Shown here: positions 60,676-64,000 of the stretch, piece after piece
Layout of the letters: the number at the start of each line of letters is the position of its first letter
Numbering within the stretch: the stretch's first letter is position 1
From: Antedon mediterranea
Lineage: Eukaryota > Animalia > Echinodermata
Length of the DNA stretch: 64,000 nucleotides
Direction: 5' to 3'
NCBI RefSeq assembly: GCF_964355755.1
Contig: NC_092673.1
Location: 23,123,648 to 23,187,647, forward strand
Notes under the pieces: generated by a model
Databases searched by the model: none
Told to the model about the DNA's origin: nothing
The model's input: the letters and a program-made list of their open reading frames with translations, nothing else
Translations under genes and position numbers: made by a program

Positions 60676-63519
60676 GTAAGGCATATTTCTCATTAGATTC
60701 CCTGATGTATATAATGTATAACCCTTCCTTTGGGACATCCTTATTCAGGGGGCACTTATTAAAGGCACACTTTTTGATTTACTAGGAGCGATATGTTTTT
60801 AACACTATATGACCATACCCCTTTTCAGAAGACACCTCTATTAAGATGGCATTTGTTTAATATAGGTTCTATTATATTTGCAACACATAAAATATTCTTA
60901 CACACAATTGCTTCAAGTGTACATTCTAAAACTACAATTTAAACACACCAGAATTATTTGAAAGATGGACAAAGGAAAATAAACTAGCAACATTTCAAAA
61001 GAGTCCCTCGTTTTTATATTCAAGTATATAGCATGTTTATGATATACTAAAATTACTGGGAATAGAACCCAACATCCCCACCCTCAGGCTATGTGAAGTT
61101 TATAACGATCTGTCATTGTCAATATACTGTCAATTTCATCACACCTACAAGAAATACATCAGTTATCATTCAAGTGCATCCAATCTAATTCTCTTTTTGA
61201 GATGTATATACAATTTTGAATAAAGTGTCAGAGATGACAGTAAATCTGATTCTTTAGTTAATGTTTCTACAGTTTGTAAAGTTGATAATTTTTATTGAAA
61301 AACAGGCACCATGTTCATATGAACTTCTATATACGTACAACTTATTGGAATTTAACTACCTGCTAATATAAATAAACAAACTGATAAAAATGTCTACACT
61401 TGAGAGGTGACTTTAGGCTGTTTAGAATATCATGCTGGTATAATTATATTGTATCAACATGCTTCTCTTTAAGTCAAACTTAAATATCTGTGATGGTGGT
61501 AGGTAACACGCCTTATCACCTGTTGTGCAGTCTCCTCTAGGCATAAAATGTGTTAGCTAATAGCTATAATCTGTGATAAACAGTATGTTAAACTATTAAG
61601 GATCGAGTCAAGTGCTAGTTTATGGTGTTTTTGAGATTATGACATTGTGTATGTGATGGTATGGGTTGAAGTTGAACTATGATTTACTTTGGTTTTGTGT
61701 AGTTGTGTAGTATCATTCAAAGAGGTAATAAGTGTTGATAGTTTCAGAAATCCATCCAGGGTTAACCATGTGTGGTCATCAGTATACAGTCAACTCCCCA
61801 GCAGAATCCAGTGCTTAGGCTAGACAAAGAAAATAGTTTCTTTGCCTAATCTTTGTTTCTTCACTTAACTTTTAGAATATGTTGTGGATTCTTTCTTGTT
61901 TAAATACGTAAGCCCTGTCGTTGTATTATTACTGGTGACTCTCCTGAATCCAAAATTGTTCAATGATTCAAAAGGTCCTACAATGCATTCAGAAAACATT
62001 TTAGACAACCACACATTTTAGGAAAGTTAACTGTGCAATCTATTTTGTTTTCAAAGGAAAATTGTTTTTTTTTAAATAATTTACAGTGTAACAAATACAC
62101 AAAATATATGGTTTATTTTTAAGCTATGTTTTTTGCATGGCGAATAAAAATATAAAGTAGTCCTAAGGTTCGCAATACCATGTGACAAGGACATTTTAGT
62201 TGTTATGCTACATGGAAACACTTGGTACTATAAACCTTACAGCACTTTACTAAATTTAAAACTATTTAAAATGGTAATGTTATTTATGGGCATCTCTGAA
62301 AAGATACTGTAAACTTCTTCAATAATTCTGAAAATTAACAGATGGTAGGTCTGAGAAAATCCTCAATAGACAAAACATTTTTTTTGGTTAAACTTTCGTA
62401 AAACTTTTGTTTAAGATACAGTCATCATCATTTAATTGCATTACGTCGAGTACAAAATATATAAGGTCAGAAGAAAATATGCCAAGGGCTGGCCTTCAGT
62501 GGTTTAGCGTGCAAACCCTACAGAAAGATATATATTTAGATGACATCAAAGTTGTATTAATATTCCCATTACTCATGATTGGTATGGAAAGAGTTTGTGG
62601 AGTAAGGTCAGCAGACGACGCCGCTTTGTTGTGTCGTCTGCTTCAAAACCGCGTAGCCATGACTTGTACCTCCAAGTCCAGTTAAACCTCTAGGGATTAA
62701 AGATAGAAGTGTCTCTACAGGGAGTTAAGTATGCCAGGGCTGCATGTTCGACCTCCAACTGTCTCTGACGTGTGTTCCCAGTTAATCTATGACATCCTAT
62801 GTAATTTAGATTTCGGTTTACTCAACACCCATGAGTTTTGTGTATTGTTGACTTAGGAATTTCTGTCTTTAGTTACATTTATATATTTAAATAAAATGAA
62901 AGGAAATAGAGTTTACTGATTATAGAAGATTGCGTTGATTGAGTGTCAATAGTTCGCTGAAAGACTAATAATTTCATTATTCAGTAATGAGTAATCTACT
63001 TGGGGTTCATGTCAAAATTATTCTGTACTGTAGTTACTGCAGTAACATATATTTTTTATTAAATGTACAAGTTTATTAAAGGCAGTCGCAGCAATAAACA
63101 ATGTGTAAATAATTTGTTTATTCGTTTATTCAATAAATATATAACACATTCGATAGTAATTAATAAAAACAAGGGAAACCTAAATAAATTAAAACTTTAC
63201 GCCTAGGTTCCCAGAAATAAGTGAAGTACAGTAACAAAAAAGTTGGGAAGAAAAAGATACAATATACGATATATCATAATAATTATATAAGCAGGAAAAA
63301 AAAGTAAGCAAAACGTAGACTACTTTTGACATGTTCCCTTGTTTAATTAATTTATTGAAAACCATTAATAAAAACTTAGTGAATAATAATTAGGTCACTG
63401 ATACCATGAAGTTAGGAAAGTATAATGTATTTGATGTGCTTTTTTGTGATGATTCTGGTTCAACCATCCAAAAACTATAGATGACTAGTCAGTCTAATCT
63501 GAATCTTTTATAATTATAG

Positions 63520-63641
63520 TGGTGATGCTGAATTTACACATTTGATTGAACGGGCAACCAACTCGGATGAGGGCTACTATGAATGTTGGGCAACCAATGC
63601 TGAGGGCATTGGAAGTGCTACTACATACCTTGATGTAACAG
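63520..63641 (+). CDS. HMCN1: Hemicentin exon 8 (first Ig domain, C-half); gene continues beyond the window
   Basis: atag|(S)GDAEFTHLIERATNSDEGYYECWATNAEGIGSATTYLDVT G|gtagg; Ig DxGxYxC motif, phase 2 fits exon 7. Confidence 0.92.
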
Positions 63642-64000
63642 GTAGGCCTACTTATTTTTCTAAAGTTTGTTCTCCTATTAAGGACCTTTGATCTTATATT
63701 TTGTGTACAGTAGACATACACTGTCTATACTATTCCGCAATGATCAGTATTTTTATTTTCTATACCGTTGTGTAAAGTGCATTGCAAATACTTTTACATT
63801 ACAAAGTTTTATAAATTATGTACAGTATTAATAAAAGATATGTAAATGATAATAATGTTTTTTATAAGCAAACCATTACATTAGGTTATGGAAAGTAGAT
63901 TATGGCAGTCTAATGATGAATTAAAAAAGTTATCTTTCATTTTATTTATTTTTTTTTAGAAATAATAAATAGCCATATTGACATTAATAATTTAAAATCT

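Overview
AT-rich eukaryotic (metazoan) genomic DNA with GT-AG introns; repeat types suggest a marine invertebrate, possibly an echinoderm (inference only). There are three zones. (1) 1-18.2 kb: a dense mosaic of decayed, internally deleted transposon fragments (CR1/L2-type LINEs, Academ, BEL/Pao, DIRS, Ngaro-like, Harbinger, Gypsy, a HECT-domain remnant, an unclassified DDE-like fragment), nearly all on the minus strand, ending in a ~4.9 kb Academ element carrying a 64-bp minisatellite. (2) 18.4-20.1 kb: four coding exons of OGG1 (8-oxoguanine glycosylase), with no recognisable first exon nearby. (3) 26.1 kb to the end: the first eight coding exons of a hemicentin (HMCN1-like) gene. Its ~30 kb first intron holds an intact LINE RT ORF, a 3.3 kb Academ foldback with a 3-bp TSD, MULE/Kolobok/Harbinger MITEs, tRNA-derived SINEs and Penelope-type hammerhead ribozyme motifs. 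Tiny inserts flanked by 7-bp direct repeats, two palindromic ones in that intron and one upstream of the gene, resemble P-element excision footprints. All calls come from reading the sequence by eye; no searches were run.
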